Assembly (NCBI GenBank): GCA_963798085.1
Contig: CAWCRS010000001.1
Location: forward strand, 160,001 to 224,000
Source of the DNA: an uncultured Gemmatimonadales bacterium
Lineage (GTDB): Bacteria > Gemmatimonadota > Gemmatimonadetes > Longimicrobiales > RSA9
Length of the DNA stretch: 64,000 nucleotides
Reading direction: 5' to 3'
Shown piece after piece: positions 1 to 11,053 of the stretch (position 1 is the stretch's first letter; the number at the start of each line of letters is the position of its first letter). The notes under the pieces were generated by a model. The model was given only the letters and a program-made list of their open reading frames with translations, had not been told where the DNA came from and made no database searches. A program made the position numbers and the translations under genes.

Positions 1-462
1 CTTCTCCGCTGTGCCGATCGGCTGCGAGTTGGCCAGCAGTGCCAGCACCGCCTGCCAGCCCGTCCACGTGGGACTCACGTTCCACAATTCCATGTGGCAC
101 ACGCGGTAGCCCTGGTCATTGCGGATCAGCTCGGAGAGGAAACCGTGTGTTACCGCCTCGGCGCTGCCTTCCGGCAGCTTTGCGGTGTCGATCGCCTGCA
201 ATGCGGTGAGGATCGAGTCTTCCGTGGCCTGCCACTGCGCGAGCGTCGCCGGCGAAAGGTCGGAGAGCCGGTCGTGCGGTCCCGCGGCCGCGCCCAGCAG
301 GGTGGCGTTTTCCGGGAACGTCGCGAAGTACGCCGCCATGTAGCGGTCCGCGAGCTGATTGATGTGGCTGGCCATGGTCCCGCTTCCCGTGCCTTCCCTG
401 CCGCAGCCGGCGAGCGCCAGCGCTGCGAACATCGCTGTCAGCAGCTTCGTGGAACGCATCAT
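1..462 (-). CDS. DUF885-family lipoprotein, runs off the window start (partial)
   Basis: Read manually, absent from the ORF track: MMRSTKLLTAMFAALALAGC (lipobox LAGC) then LADRYMAAYFATFPENATLLG..HDRLSDLS, like DUF885 N-termini; GGAGA RBS upstream. Confidence 0.7.
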   Translation of the reverse strand, partial: MMRSTKLLTAMFAALALAGCGREGTGSGTMASHINQLADRYMAAYFATFPENATLLGAAAGPHDRLSDLSPATLAQWQATEDSILTALQAIDTAKLPEGSAEAVTHGFLSELIRNDQGYRVCHMELWNVSPTWTGWQAVLALLANSQPIGTAEK

Positions 463-818
463 TACTTTTCTCCGTCGGGACTTGCGGCAGCGGACCCGTC
501 GTGGCCCGCCCGCGTGTTGCGCCATTGTCAGATCGCAGCAGCCTGCGCCAGTGCGCCATCGATTTCGAGTGCCCGGCCCGCCGCCTGCTCCGCGCGAGCG
601 CAAGCCCGCGACCGCCTCGAACGCGCGCTGCGCATTCGCGGAATCGCCTTCCCGCAGCAGCAGATCAGCAAACTGCGCTCGACCAGCGCGCCCGCCCACG
701 CCGCGGTCACGCTCGTGACCAGCGGCGGCGCCTGCTCCAGACCCTCGCGCGCCGCGGCCGGCGTCGGTCGACAATTCGGTTCAGGCGTCGCGCCGCGAGC
801 ACCAGCAGCGTACCCCCG

Positions 819-1136
819 TCATTCCGTCGTCACCGCGCTCGGTCCCCGCCTCGCCTCCAGCTCCGGCCTCGCCTTGGTGCGCGCATCCAGCAGCCGCTCC
901 GTGAACTCCAGCCGGTCCTCGATCGCCTCCAGCCGCTGCCCTACCTTCTCCAGCAACCGCTCGAGCCGCGGCTCCAGTGAAGGCGACTGCTGCGCCGGTA
1001 TCAACCGCACCTCGGGCGCCGGCAACGCCTGCCTCTTCGCCTCCCGCCGCCAGTTCATGGCCGCCTTGAAGAAATAGCCTACGGGGATGCCCACACAGGT
1101 GCCAAAAAAAAGGCTGAACACGATCTCCGGCGGCAT
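819..1136 (-). CDS. Small single-TM protein with coiled coil (PspB-like architecture), hypothetical
   Basis: GGAGG RBS; MPPEIVFSLFFGTCVGIPVGYFF TM segment then RLEAIEDRLEFTERLL coiled coil. Confidence 0.65.
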   Translation of the reverse strand: MPPEIVFSLFFGTCVGIPVGYFFKAAMNWRREAKRQALPAPEVRLIPAQQSPSLEPRLERLLEKVGQRLEAIEDRLEFTERLLDARTKARPELEARRGPSAVTTE

Positions 1137-1418
1137 GTCTGCCTCCCCTCCGCGCAAGTCCGTTCCGGCCTGCTGCACACTCGGCCCGCTGCCACCAATC
1201 AAGCGACCCGGCACCCCGCCTGCAACCGTGATCCGCCCGCGTCGCTTCACTGCCGCAGACCGGCCTCCGTTCACTACGCGTTTTCGCGGCTGACGTTGCC
1301 ACTGTCAGGATGATACTATCGTTCTGACACTAAAGCCGGCGCTCCGCTCATGCACTCGGCAGCGGTCGTCCGGACATGTGGCAGCAGCACGGCTGGCGCA
1401 CCGAGGTGGGAGCATGTG

Positions 1419-2976
1419 ATGGGTACGTCGGACACGGATTTCAGGCGACGATTCCAGGGCGACCCACCGTCGCGACCGCCGCGTTTCTATCGCGTCCTGC
1501 TGCTGGCGTTCCCGCCGGAGTTCCGGTCGCGCTACGGCCCGTCAATGGAGGCGCTCTTCGTGGATCGGCTGGCTGCCGCCGGCCGCCTGTCGAGACCGGG
1601 TGTATGGTTGCGCGGGGTTGGGGACGCGTTGCGGCACGGACTGGCCGAGCGCCGTTCGCTGCGGCGTGCGTTGCGCCAGGCGCAGCGTCTGGAGCCGGGG
1701 AGCTCGCGTGGTCGCACTGGCAAGCCGCTCTCGTCGCTGGGCCGCGACCTGCGACAGGCGATGCGCGTTGCGCCGCGCGCCTGGCAGTGCGCTGGCGGCG
1801 ATCCTCACACTGGCGCCGGCATCGGGCTCACGGCGGCCGTGTGGAGCATCATGTATGGCGTGCAGCTGCGGCCGCTGCCTCTTCCCCAGCCGCGGCGGCT
1901 GGTCTCGCTGACACGCGTGTTAGCGGGGCATTCGGAGCAGCGCGCGGATGTGACCCTCGCGCAGTTTGCGGACTGGCGGGCAGGGCTGCGTTCCTTTGCC
2001 GATCCGGCCGCGTGCTACGAGGACGAGGCCACGCTGTGTGGCGGTGCTGTGCCGGAGCGACTGCATGTGACGCGTGTGACGCCTTCGCTGCTGCGCCTGC
2101 TGGGTGTGCAGCCAGTGCTGGGCGCTGGCTGTGCGCGGATGATGACCTGCCGGGCTCGCCTGCGGTGCTGCTGATCGGCTGGTCATTGTGGCACCGTCCG
2201 TTCGCTGCGGATGCGGGGGTGGTCGGGCGCACGATCCGGCTGGACGGCGCACCCGCAACCATCGTGGGCGTGATGCCGCAGCGGTTCGTCTTTCCCGATA
2301 CGGAGCAGGCGTGGCTCCCGATACGTGCGGACGTGCCCGGCGATCGCGCTGCGGGTCCCGGCGTCCAGGTGCTGGGCCGCGCGCGGGATGGACGGACGCT
2401 CGCAGAAGCGGCCGCTGAGCTGGATGAGATGGCCGGGCAGCTGGCGCGTGCCTGGCGCCTCCGCTTGTGCACGTGCCCGCGGTCAACGTCACGCCTTCGT
2501 TCTTCGATCTGCTCGGTGTGCGTGCCGAGGCCGGCCGAGTATTCACGGATGCGGATCGGGACGGCACGCTTCCCGTCGTGATCGTCAATCGCTCGTTCGA
2601 GCGCCGCTTCTTTGCGGGCCGCAGTGCGGTCGGCAGACAATTGCGCGTCGACACCGCGGTGACCGCCGGCGGCATACTCACCATCGTCGGCGTCGTGCCC
2701 GACCTGTTCGCGGCCGGCGTGCACAACCGTCTGCCCGAAGCAGTCTACCGCCCCGTGGCACAGGCCGGGCCGGCGGAGCTGCACGTGATGGTGCGCGCCG
2801 CCACCACGCGCGAGGCGGCCGCTGCCCTGCGTGTCGCAGTGGCCGCGGTGGACCCCGACATGGCACTCGACAACAGCGGCACGCTGCAGCTGCTCTTCAC
2901 CGCCGCGCTGGCCAGCTTCGTGCCCGCGTGGCGCGCGGCCCGCGTCGACCCTCTGCGAACGCTGCGCAGCGACTGA
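1419..2976 (+). pseudogene. ADOP/MacB-type ABC permease, internally deleted and frameshifted
   Basis: N-terminus LLAFPPEFRSRYG, MacB motifs (VGRTIRLDG..TIVGVMP; TIVGVVPD), C-terminal PAWRAARVDPLRTLRSD; about 1.56 kb over several frames; both FtsX TM blocks missing. Confidence 0.75.
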
Positions 2977-3054
2977 CCGTTCGTGCCCCGACGGTCCGGT
3001 CCCTGGCCGCGTCGTGTTGTCCGCGGAACGGGCAAATGCTAAGGTTCCGCGATT

Positions 3055-3840
3055 ATGAACAAAAGAACTCTCGCGCTGTCCGGCATTGTGCTCACGTTGT
3101 GCGCCTCGACGGGCGTGCACGCCCAGGAGAATTACGAGATCCAGGTGTACGGCTCGGAAACGATGCCGGCCGGGATCACGATGTTCGAGTTGCACAGCAA
3201 CTTCACGATCACGGGTCGCAGGCAACTGGCCGGCGTGCAGCTGCCCACGTATCACGCCTTCCATGAGACGGTCGAGATCACGCATGGATTCGGCGATTGG
3301 GCGGAGATCGGTTTCTATTTCTTCACGAGTGCCCGCTCGGGCGACGGCTGGCAGTGGGTGGGCGATCACATTCGGCCGCGCGTGCGCGTGCCGCCGTCAT
3401 GGCACTGGCCCGTGGGCGCCAGCCTGAGCGCGGAATTCGGCTATCAGCGCAGCGAGTTCTCCGAGGACACCTGGTCACTCGAGCTGCGGCCCATCATCGA
3501 CCGCGATTTCGGCCCCGCCTATGTGTCCCTCAATCCCACTCTGGAACGCTCGTTCCGTGGCGCCAACTCGGGCATCGGTTTCGAGTTCTCGCCCAACGCG
3601 GTCGTGGGCGTTGATGTCAACCGCGTGCTGAATGTGGGCGTGGAGTACTACGGCAGTCTGGGCCCGCTGCGCGCTCTGGATCCTGTCGATGAGCAGGAGC
3701 ATCAGCTCTATGCGGCTGTGAACCTGAATGTCAGCCCGGACTGGGAAATCAACGCCGGTTATGGCCAGGGCCTCACCGGGGCCGGTGATCGCCGACTCAT
3801 CAAACTGATTCTGGGACGACGCGTCGGACACAGCCGTTAG
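3055..3840 (+). CDS. Exported protein, probable outer-membrane beta-barrel (hypothetical)
   Basis: Signal peptide ending VHA-Q; alternating aromatic/polar beta-strand pattern; QENYEIQVYG start. Confidence 0.65.
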   Translation: MNKRTLALSGIVLTLCASTGVHAQENYEIQVYGSETMPAGITMFELHSNFTITGRRQLAGVQLPTYHAFHETVEITHGFGDWAEIGFYFFTSARSGDGWQWVGDHIRPRVRVPPSWHWPVGASLSAEFGYQRSEFSEDTWSLELRPIIDRDFGPAYVSLNPTLERSFRGANSGIGFEFSPNAVVGVDVNRVLNVGVEYYGSLGPLRALDPVDEQEHQLYAAVNLNVSPDWEINAGYGQGLTGAGDRRLIKLILGRRVGHSR

Positions 3841-4015
3841 CGTAGCGACAACCCACCCGCTGCTGCCGCTGTCGCAACCGAACAGCGGATTCACTGCGTC
3901 ATTCCCGGCCGCTCAACGGCTTCGTGCGCTGCTGCCCCAACGGGGACTTTCCCGGGGTGCGACATTGCGCGGGTTTTCAATCCGCGGTTGCTGCTTGCGC
4001 GTGGCTGTCAGCCCG

Positions 4016-4611
4016 TCAGCTGCGAAGCGCGGCTTCCCGGATGGGTGTCGACGGCAGAGCCCGCAGTGCCGCGAGTTGCGCGGCACGCAGCGCGTCCGCA
4101 CCCGGCACTGCGATGTCAGGCTGCACGCCCGTGCCCTCCCAGTCACCGCCGGTCACCACATTGATGGGCCGCGTGATGGGCACGGGTGCGCTGTAGTGCG
4201 CCCCGGGCACCACGGTGGTCCACATCTCGGTGGTCTGGTCATCGGGCCGCGAGTAGATGCGCGCGACCAGCGTGCGCTCCGGTATCAGGTAGCCCGCCAG
4301 CTGCATCACGCCATCGGGTGACCCGCCCGGACAGTCGCGCAAGTCAATGATGAGCGCGTCCGTTGCCTCCACTTCGTGCATCGCGCTGGCCAGTTCGGGC
4401 GCGAGCCGCTCGGGCGGTGGAAACATGCGGAAACGCAGATAGCCGAGGTTGGCTGGCAGAACATCCGCGTTGACAGCGGCACCATTCGGCCGCGCCGGCG
4501 TCGGCCCGCCATGTCGGCGCGGTCGCGATCACGCAGCTGGGCGCGAGCGCCGGCAAAGGTGCAGGCGAGGTAGAGGCAGGCGGACAGGTGGATCGCGGGC
4601 AAGCGACGCAT
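4016..4611 (-). pseudogene. S41-family peptidase remnant with internal deletions
   Basis: Signal peptide MRRLPAIHL..ARA-Q, frameshift, then GYLRF..ALIIDLRDCPGGSP and GDWEGTGVQPDIAV; catalytic Ser segment absent. Confidence 0.65.
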
Positions 4612-4827
4612 CGGTGCCCTCCCATCGAGTTGTGTGCCAGGAGCCCGTGTGATGCCGCGCGATCGCCCGAGTGTTGCCTCGTGGGCCGACCGGACCGCGA
4701 GTGGCACGCACTCGCCTCGTTGCGTGTGCCTCAGCAGCCTGCTGCGGCAGTCCGCTGCCCGCACGCCGTGCCGCTGGCAGCGGACTGCGACATGGCTGAC
4801 GTCACTTCGATGTGGGGCGGGCCGGCA

Positions 4828-5292
4828 TCACTTGGCGACAGCCTTGCCGTCCGGGCCGACCTGGATTTCCCTGCGCTTGCCACCGGTCAGTACCACCGCT
4901 TCATACGCGACCAGCTTGCCCTGTCGCGTCAGCGCTTCCACTCTCTCGATCTTCCCCTGCCCTGCCTTCGCCGTCAGCGCGGAACGCGCGGCTTCCGGCA
5001 CATCGCTCAATGCCGTCTCTTCCTCGATTTCCTGCACCTCGCCGTCGCTGCCGATCACCATGTCGCGCGTGTGGCCGTTCACCGTAAGCTCGAGTTCGTA
5101 TGTCGTCTTGCCGTTCTCCGTTTCCTTCGACAGCCCGCGAATCGTGGCGCCCTGACTCTGCGCCGCCACGGTCTTCTCCACTGCCGGCGGCAGATCGGCT
5201 CGCTTCACCCTGGTTTCCTGCGCTTGCGCAGCACCGGCCATCATTGCGAGCCCAATGACCGCCGTCAGAACTGCCTGCTTGTTTCTCATCAT
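4828..5292 (-). CDS. Periplasmic PepSY-like two-repeat protein
   Basis: Signal peptide AQA-Q; repeats DLPPAV..YELEL..DG and DVPEAA..YEAVV..DG. Confidence 0.7.
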   Translation of the reverse strand: MMRNKQAVLTAVIGLAMMAGAAQAQETRVKRADLPPAVEKTVAAQSQGATIRGLSKETENGKTTYELELTVNGHTRDMVIGSDGEVQEIEEETALSDVPEAARSALTAKAGQGKIERVEALTRQGKLVAYEAVVLTGGKRREIQVGPDGKAVAK

Positions 5293-5727
5293 GTACTCCG
5301 AACCGGTAAGGGAATCCGCGCTGGAGGCGCGCGCCACGGAACCGGCAATCCTAGCCGCGGCGCATGTCCGGATCATGACGGGAGCGCCTGCCGGTTCAAT
5401 CGAGGTAGACATCCTCGAAGCTCGTCAGCCGTCGTTTCCGGCCGACGACCGGCGGCGGTGCGGCTAGTCCTCAAATCCCTCTTACGATGGATGGTGAGTC
5501 GCCGGGAACCGTGTAGACTTAACAGGGCAGCCAGATCCGCGCAGCTTCTCTCGTGCAGTGGCAGCGAATCACCTGTTAAGGCTTCACGACCGCGATCTCC
5601 GACCTGTGCCTGCCTGGTACAGGAGCGGAGAACCATGATGGAAACTACCCGACAACGTGGAAAGCATCGCGGCCGATGCGTCAGCGCAGACTGGCACGGT
5701 CGGGTGGATCAAGCAAAGGAGAGCACC

Positions 5728-6363
5728 ATGAGACGGACAATTCCCGGGTTGATTGCTTTGGCCAGCCTTCTGCTCTGCGCCTGCAGGACATTGCAGTCGG
5801 CTGACAACAGCATCCCCGGTGAAGTAAGCCTCAAGGCCATGTCGGGTACGCAGATCGATGCCACGACGCTGCGTACCATCTCATCGCAGAGCGACAATGC
5901 AGGGGACACCTTCACTGCCAGCGTATCGAACGACGTGAAGGACGGCCTTGGCCGTATCGTGATTCCCGCGGGCTCAACACTCGATCTGACCATCACGGAG
6001 CTGGAGCCGGCCAGCGACAAGAGCAAGGTCGACGGAAAGATCACGCTGCTCGTGGACTCGGTGAGCATCGGAAACCGGACCTATCCGCTCAAGGCGGACA
6101 TCACCTCAATGGAGCACACGCTCAACGGGCAGGGCGTCGGCGCCGCTGAAGTGGAGAAGACGGCGGCCGGAGTGGTAATCGGCGGCATCGCGGGCCGGAT
6201 CATCGGCGGAAACTCGAAGGGCACCATCATCGGCGCGGTCGTTGGTGGCGCCGCTGGTGCGGCGGTCGCCGTGCAGACTGCAAATCGGGATGTGGTCGTG
6301 GTTGCGGGAACACCGATGGTCGTGACGTTGAGCGCACCGGTGACCGTCGCGATCAGTCAGTGA
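5728..6363 (+). CDS. Lipoprotein with C-terminal glycine zipper
   Basis: AAGGAG RBS; lipobox-like LCAC; GDTFTA..VIPAGS domain; GVVIGGIAGRIIGG..GAVVGGAAG zipper. Confidence 0.75.
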   Translation: MRRTIPGLIALASLLLCACRTLQSADNSIPGEVSLKAMSGTQIDATTLRTISSQSDNAGDTFTASVSNDVKDGLGRIVIPAGSTLDLTITELEPASDKSKVDGKITLLVDSVSIGNRTYPLKADITSMEHTLNGQGVGAAEVEKTAAGVVIGGIAGRIIGGNSKGTIIGAVVGGAAGAAVAVQTANRDVVVVAGTPMVVTLSAPVTVAISQ

Positions 6364-6431
6364 TACTGAAGCCGCGGCCGACTGCGTGTCCCGATGAATG
6401 CCATTCTTGCCCGTAAGACAGGAGGCACCGT

Positions 6432-6518
6432 ATGAACCGAATGCTGGACTGGCTGAGACAGATCGGTCGCTGGATACGGCCGTTCACCACACCCTTTGCG
6501 TGGAGCCCGCGCAGATGA
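6432..6518 (+). CDS. Candidate 28-aa small protein
   Basis: AGGAGG 6 nt upstream of ATG; MNRMLDWLRQIGRWIRPFTTPFAWSPRR. Confidence 0.35.
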   Translation: MNRMLDWLRQIGRWIRPFTTPFAWSPRR

Positions 6519-6543
6519 CCTGAGCGGCCTCGCCCGCTCCTGG

Positions 6544-7029
6544 CTAACGCGGTGCTTGATCAGGCGGCGGATGGATCGAGTCGACCCACGCGACTTCCTC
6601 GGGCGGCTCGGCAGGCGAGAGGTCGAGATTGACGACGACGGGATCCTGGCCGCTGCGCACCAGCACGCACTGCAGCGGCTCGTTGCGGCTGGCGTTGATC
6701 TCCTGGTGCGGCACGTACGGCGGCACGTAAATGAAATCGCCCGGGCCCGCTTCCGCGGTGTACTCCAGGCTCTCGCCCCAGCGCATTCTTGCCCGCCCGC
6801 TCACCACGAAGATCACGCTCTCCAGATCACCGTGATGGTGCGCGCCCGTCTTGGCGTTGGGATGGATCGTGACCGTGCCTGCCCACAGTTTGCTGGCGCC
6901 GGTGCGTGCGTGCGTGATCGCGGCGGCGCGCGTCATGCCCGGCGTCTGCGGCGTATTCAGATCGAGCGCGCCGCCGGAAACAATGCGCACGCCATGGTCG
7001 CGCCAGTAGTCGGCGGGGGTGGCATCCAT
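6544..7029 (-). CDS. Cupin-domain protein
   Basis: Cupin motifs HHHGDLESVIFVVSG and PGDFIYVPPYVPHQEIN. Confidence 0.85.
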   Translation of the reverse strand: MDATPADYWRDHGVRIVSGGALDLNTPQTPGMTRAAAITHARTGASKLWAGTVTIHPNAKTGAHHHGDLESVIFVVSGRARMRWGESLEYTAEAGPGDFIYVPPYVPHQEINASRNEPLQCVLVRSGQDPVVVNLDLSPAEPPEEVAWVDSIHPPPDQAPR

Positions 7030-7083
7030 GCGGGTATTTTCGCTGGGCGGCGGGTCGCGCGCCAGTCGGCCGGACGCCCGGGT

Positions 7084-8659
7084 TCAGACGTTGGCGACGC
7101 GCAGCACTTCCTCGATCGTGGTCACGCCCTCGCGCACAAGGCGCAGGCCATCGTCGCGCAGCAGCCGCATGCCCTTGGCGAGCGCCAGGCGCATGAGGCG
7201 GCCGGCACTGGCATCCTCGTGGATGGCGGCGCGCAGCTCTTCGTCCATCACGAGCAGCTCGTAGATGCCGGTGCGGCCGCGATAGCCGGTGCCACGACAC
7301 GCCGCGCAGCCTTCACCCTACCAGCCGCGAGGCAGTTCTTCTGGCGGAAACGACCGAGCGCGGTGCGCTGCTCGGTGGTGATCGGCGCCGGGCGTGCGGC
7401 AGGTCTCGCAGATGCGGCGCACCAGGCGCTGCGCCAGCACGGCCTCCACCGTGCTGGCCACGAGGATAGGCTTCAATGCCGAGATCGAGCAGGCGAGTCA
7501 GTGCCGTCGCCGCATCATTCGTGTGCAGCGTGGACAGCACGAGGTGGCCGGTGAGCGCGGCGTGCGTCGCGATATCCGCCGTCTCCTGGTCGCGGATCTC
7601 GCCCACCAGCATGATGTCCGGGTCCTGGCGCAGCAGCGCGCGCAGCGCGTTGGCGAACGTCAGTCCGACTTTCTCGTTGACCGGCACCTGCGGCACGCCG
7701 GTCAGCTCGTACTCGACCGGGTCTTCCACGGTGATGATCTTCTCGCGACCCGTCCGGATGCGGTCCACCGCCGCGTAGAGCGTCGTCGTCTTGCCCGAGC
7801 CCGTGGGTCCGGTGGAGAGCACGATGCCGTGCGGCTTCGAGATGACAGCGACGAAGCGGCGCAGCGTGTCGCCGGCCATGCCCAGCTCTTCGAGGTCGAT
7901 GCGGCCGCGCTCCTTGTCGAGCAGTCGCAGCACGACGCTCTCGCCGTGCAGCGTAGGCAGTGTCGGCGACGCGCACGTCGACCTGCCGGTCGTGCATGCG
8001 CAGGCGGATGCGGCCGTCCTGCGGCACCCGCCGCTCGGCGATGTCCAGCTCGGCCATGATCTTCAGCCGGCTGACCACCGCCGCTGCCAGGCGCCGCGGC
8101 GGCGCGGGCGCATCCTGCAGCACGCCGTCGATGCGGTACCGCACGCGCAATCCGCCCAGGTACGTCTCGAGGTGCACGTCGGACGCGCGCGCCTCCAGCG
8201 CCTCGAGCAACAGCAGGTTAACCAGCTTGACGACCGGCGCTTCATTGGCCAGGCTGACCAGATCGTCGAGCGCGGCGTCCAGCTCCCCGACCGGCCGCAC
8301 TTCGTCGGACAATCCGGCGATGACGTCCTCGGCGGTCAGCGCGTCGGGCGAGTAGATGCGACGGATGGCGGCGCGCAGCTCGGTCTCCGGCATGCGCACG
8401 AGGTCCAGCGGCGCGCCCGCGATGAGCGCAGATCATCCAGTGCGACCGGGTCGATCGTGTCGCTCCACGTGGCAACGGTCAGCCGGCCATCCTCGAAGCC
8501 CAGCGGGAGCACCGCGTGATGCTCGAGATAATCGGCTGTCAGCAGTGGCGACAGTGGCTCGGCCGCCTGCAGCACGGCCTGTGTTTCGAGAGCGGGCGTG
8601 ACCGCTTCGAGCGGCACCCCGCCCCCGTCGCCGTTGGCGGGCAGCTCCGCCATCGCCAT
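7084..8659 (-). CDS. gspE: Type II secretion ATPase GspE (several frameshifts)
   Basis: [17 protein letters not shown], Walker [45 protein letters not shown]-terminal [11 protein letters not shown]; split across frames near 8420, 7965, 7460 and 7320-7390. Confidence 0.92.
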
Positions 8660-10190
8660 CAGAAGCCTCCGCCGCCCTTCGTCGTGTCGCCCGGCAGACG
8701 GATCGTCGTCGGGATGTACGGCTGTATCGGCACCAGGCCCCTGAGCAGCTCGCTGTGATTCTCGATCTCGCGGCGCAGGCGGTCCGCATCGTCGTCCGTC
8801 GCCACGATGTACGGCGTGAGGAACAGGAACAACTCGCTGTTGCCCACCGTCTCGCGTGTCGAGCCGAACAGATAACCCAGGATCGGGATGTCCTTGAGCA
8901 GCGGAATGCCGGAACGCGTACGGTCCGTCTGCCGGTCCACCAGCCCGCCGATCACCACGGTCTGCCCGTTGCGCACGAACAGCTGCGTCGTGGCTTCGCG
9001 CGTGCTGATCACGGGCGCGCCGAACTGCAGCTCGCTGGTCGCGTTGCTCACCTGTTGCGCCACCTGCAGGTTGACGTAGCCGTCTTCATTGATGGTAGGC
9101 GTGATGTCGAGCGATGTACCGACATCGCGGTACTGCACGACCTGGCGCAGCGCACCGTTGTCGGTGGGCAGCGACTGCGCCACCTGCACGAAGGGCCGCT
9201 CGGAGCCGACCAGGATGTGCGCCAGCTGGTTGTTCTGCGCCAGCACCACGGGCCGCGAGAGTATGCGGACGTTGCCCGTGGAAGCCAGCGCCGAGAGCGT
9301 CGCGTCCACGTTGATCTCGCCGCTGCGCACGATGTGCAGCGAGAAGTTGTCCGTGGTGTTGTCAGGCGCGCCCGCGTTGTTGAGTGCGCCGCCCGTCGAC
9401 GTGCCATTCGCCGTTGCTGTTGGTGGCGTTGACGGACAGTCCGACATTCAGGTCATTGGTGTGGCGCACCTCGGCGATCACCACCTCGATCACTACCTGC
9501 AGCGGCCGCAGGTCGAGGGACACAATGGCCTGCTGGATGACCTGCCAGTCGGCGGGCGTCGCGCGCACGAGCAGCGAGTTGGTGACTTCGTCGGGCACGA
9601 TGGTGACCGGACCTTCCAGGTCGCCGGCACGGATCTGCGGTACGACGATCTGGTTGGGCTGGTTGGGCAGCCCCGCCTGCTGGCGGATGGCCGACTGCTG
9701 CTCGATGATGCGCAGCTGCTGCGACAGCGTGGCCGCCGCCTGCGCCGCGCTGCCCGTGCGGATCACGCCGCCGCCGAACAGCTGTGACAGCGTGTTAGCC
9801 AGAATCGGCGCGCGGGCGTGGTGCAGCCGGTGGATGTACAGCTGGCGAGGCGTGGCCGCGTCGGTGGTCGCGTTGCCCTGCAGCCGCATGAAGCCATCCG
9901 TCCTGCGTCACGCCCACCCCGTTCGACGCCGCCAGGTCACGGATCAGGTTGGCCACCTGTGCGGCTGAAACCGGCTGCGATGTGCGCAGCGTCACGTTCT
10001 TCGACGGCAGGTCCGTGTACACCACGTTCAGCGAAGCTGCCTGTGCCAGCGCGCTGATCACATAGGACAGGTCCACATCCTGGAAGTTCAGGATGATGCC
10101 CGTTGGCGTCCGGCGTATCGGATTCACCTGCGCCCGCGCGGCGGGTGCGGCGACCAGCAGCAGGAACAGGGCGAGGCACAGACGCTTCAT
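8659..10190 (-). CDS. gspD: Type II secretion secretin GspD (frameshifted)
   Basis: Signal peptide ARA-Q; N0 LNFQDVDL; N3-like DEVTNSLLVRAT..LDLRPLQVVIEVVIAEV; secretin GIPLLKDIPILGYLF..ELFLFLTPYIV. Confidence 0.9.
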
Positions 10191-10201
10191 CGCTACCTCT
10201 C

Positions 10202-11053
10202 TCATGGCTCGTTGGGCGCGCGCGGCTGCGGCGCGCTCAGAGTGTCTGGCCGCGGACGCAGCGGCACGCGACTGTTGCCCTGCCGGCCGGTGGTGCTGCC
10301 GCCACCGCCACCACCCGTGTCGCTGCCACCTCCACCGCGATTGCCTCGCCCGCCAAACCGGCCCTGCAGGCGCTGCATCATGTTCTCAATGACCTGATCC
10401 GGCAGCCCCGTCTCCTTCAGTCGGTCCATCATCTGCTGCTGCGCATCCTGCGGCCCCGCATTGCGGCCGCGTCCGTTTCGTCCGCGCGACGGTCGCTCCG
10501 ATGCATCAGCCACGGTGAGACTGACGGACTGGCCATCGCGCACCATTGTCGCGGTCGTGCCTTCCACGTGATCCAGTATGTAGCCCAGCATCGACTCGCC
10601 CACGGCCAGCACCTGCGGCGTGGCATTGTTCACCTGGATCAGCGCGTTGCCGTTGCCCTCACCCATTTCGACAATGCCCAGCACGCGGAACGGCGGCGGT
10701 GGTGGCAGCTCGGGCTGCTTCGGCTGTTCCCGCGGCATTTCACTGGGCAGCCGATAGGGCTCGGCCCGCCTGCGATCCGGCTGGAACGGGTCGTTATCAA
10801 CCGCGAGGCGCAGCGCATTGGTCGGCAGTGCGCGCTCCGATGGTACGCGCGCGTTCGTGCGCGCCGGCGGCGGCGCCGGCTTTTCCGCAGACGGCGAGGG
10901 CTTCGGAGCCGACTGCGCATCGCCGTTTTCCGCAGCCACCGCGGGCGGCCCATCGAGAGTCAGTGCGCGCGCCAGTGCGCGCCCGAACACGAGCGTCGCC
11001 ACGGCAAGGACTGCCACGGACAGGGCGACGCTTCCCGGTATGCTCTTCTTCAC
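10202..11053 (-). CDS. GspC-like T2SS assembly protein
   Basis: N-terminal TM, Pro-rich linker, DPF motif, FRVLGIV..ALIQ..VGESMLGY HR-like domain, Gly-rich tail; position in operon. Confidence 0.6.
   Translation of the reverse strand: MKKSIPGSVALSVAVLAVATLVFGRALARALTLDGPPAVAAENGDAQSAPKPSPSAEKPAPPPARTNARVPSERALPTNALRLAVDNDPFQPDRRRAEPYRLPSEMPREQPKQPELPPPPPFRVLGIVEMGEGNGNALIQVNNATPQVLAVGESMLGYILDHVEGTTATMVRDGQSVSLTVADASERPSRGRNGRGRNAGPQDAQQQMMDRLKETGLPDQVIENMMQRLQGRFGGRGNRGGGGSDTGGGGGGSTTGRQGNSRVPLRPRPDTLSAPQPRAPNEP

Noticed and set aside
470..790. Possible TPR-like gene fragment on the minus strand (AEQAAGRALEIDGALAQA)
   Set aside because: Too short and broken to support a call
4588..5727. 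Long N-terminal extension of the 591-aa plus-strand ORF
   Set aside because: Overlaps a better minus-strand gene; the real start is the RBS-preceded ATG at 5728 with a lipoprotein signal
7300..9900. Programmed ribosomal frameshifting in gspE/gspD
   Set aside because: No slippery heptamers at the breaks and too many independent shifts; indel errors are more parsimonious
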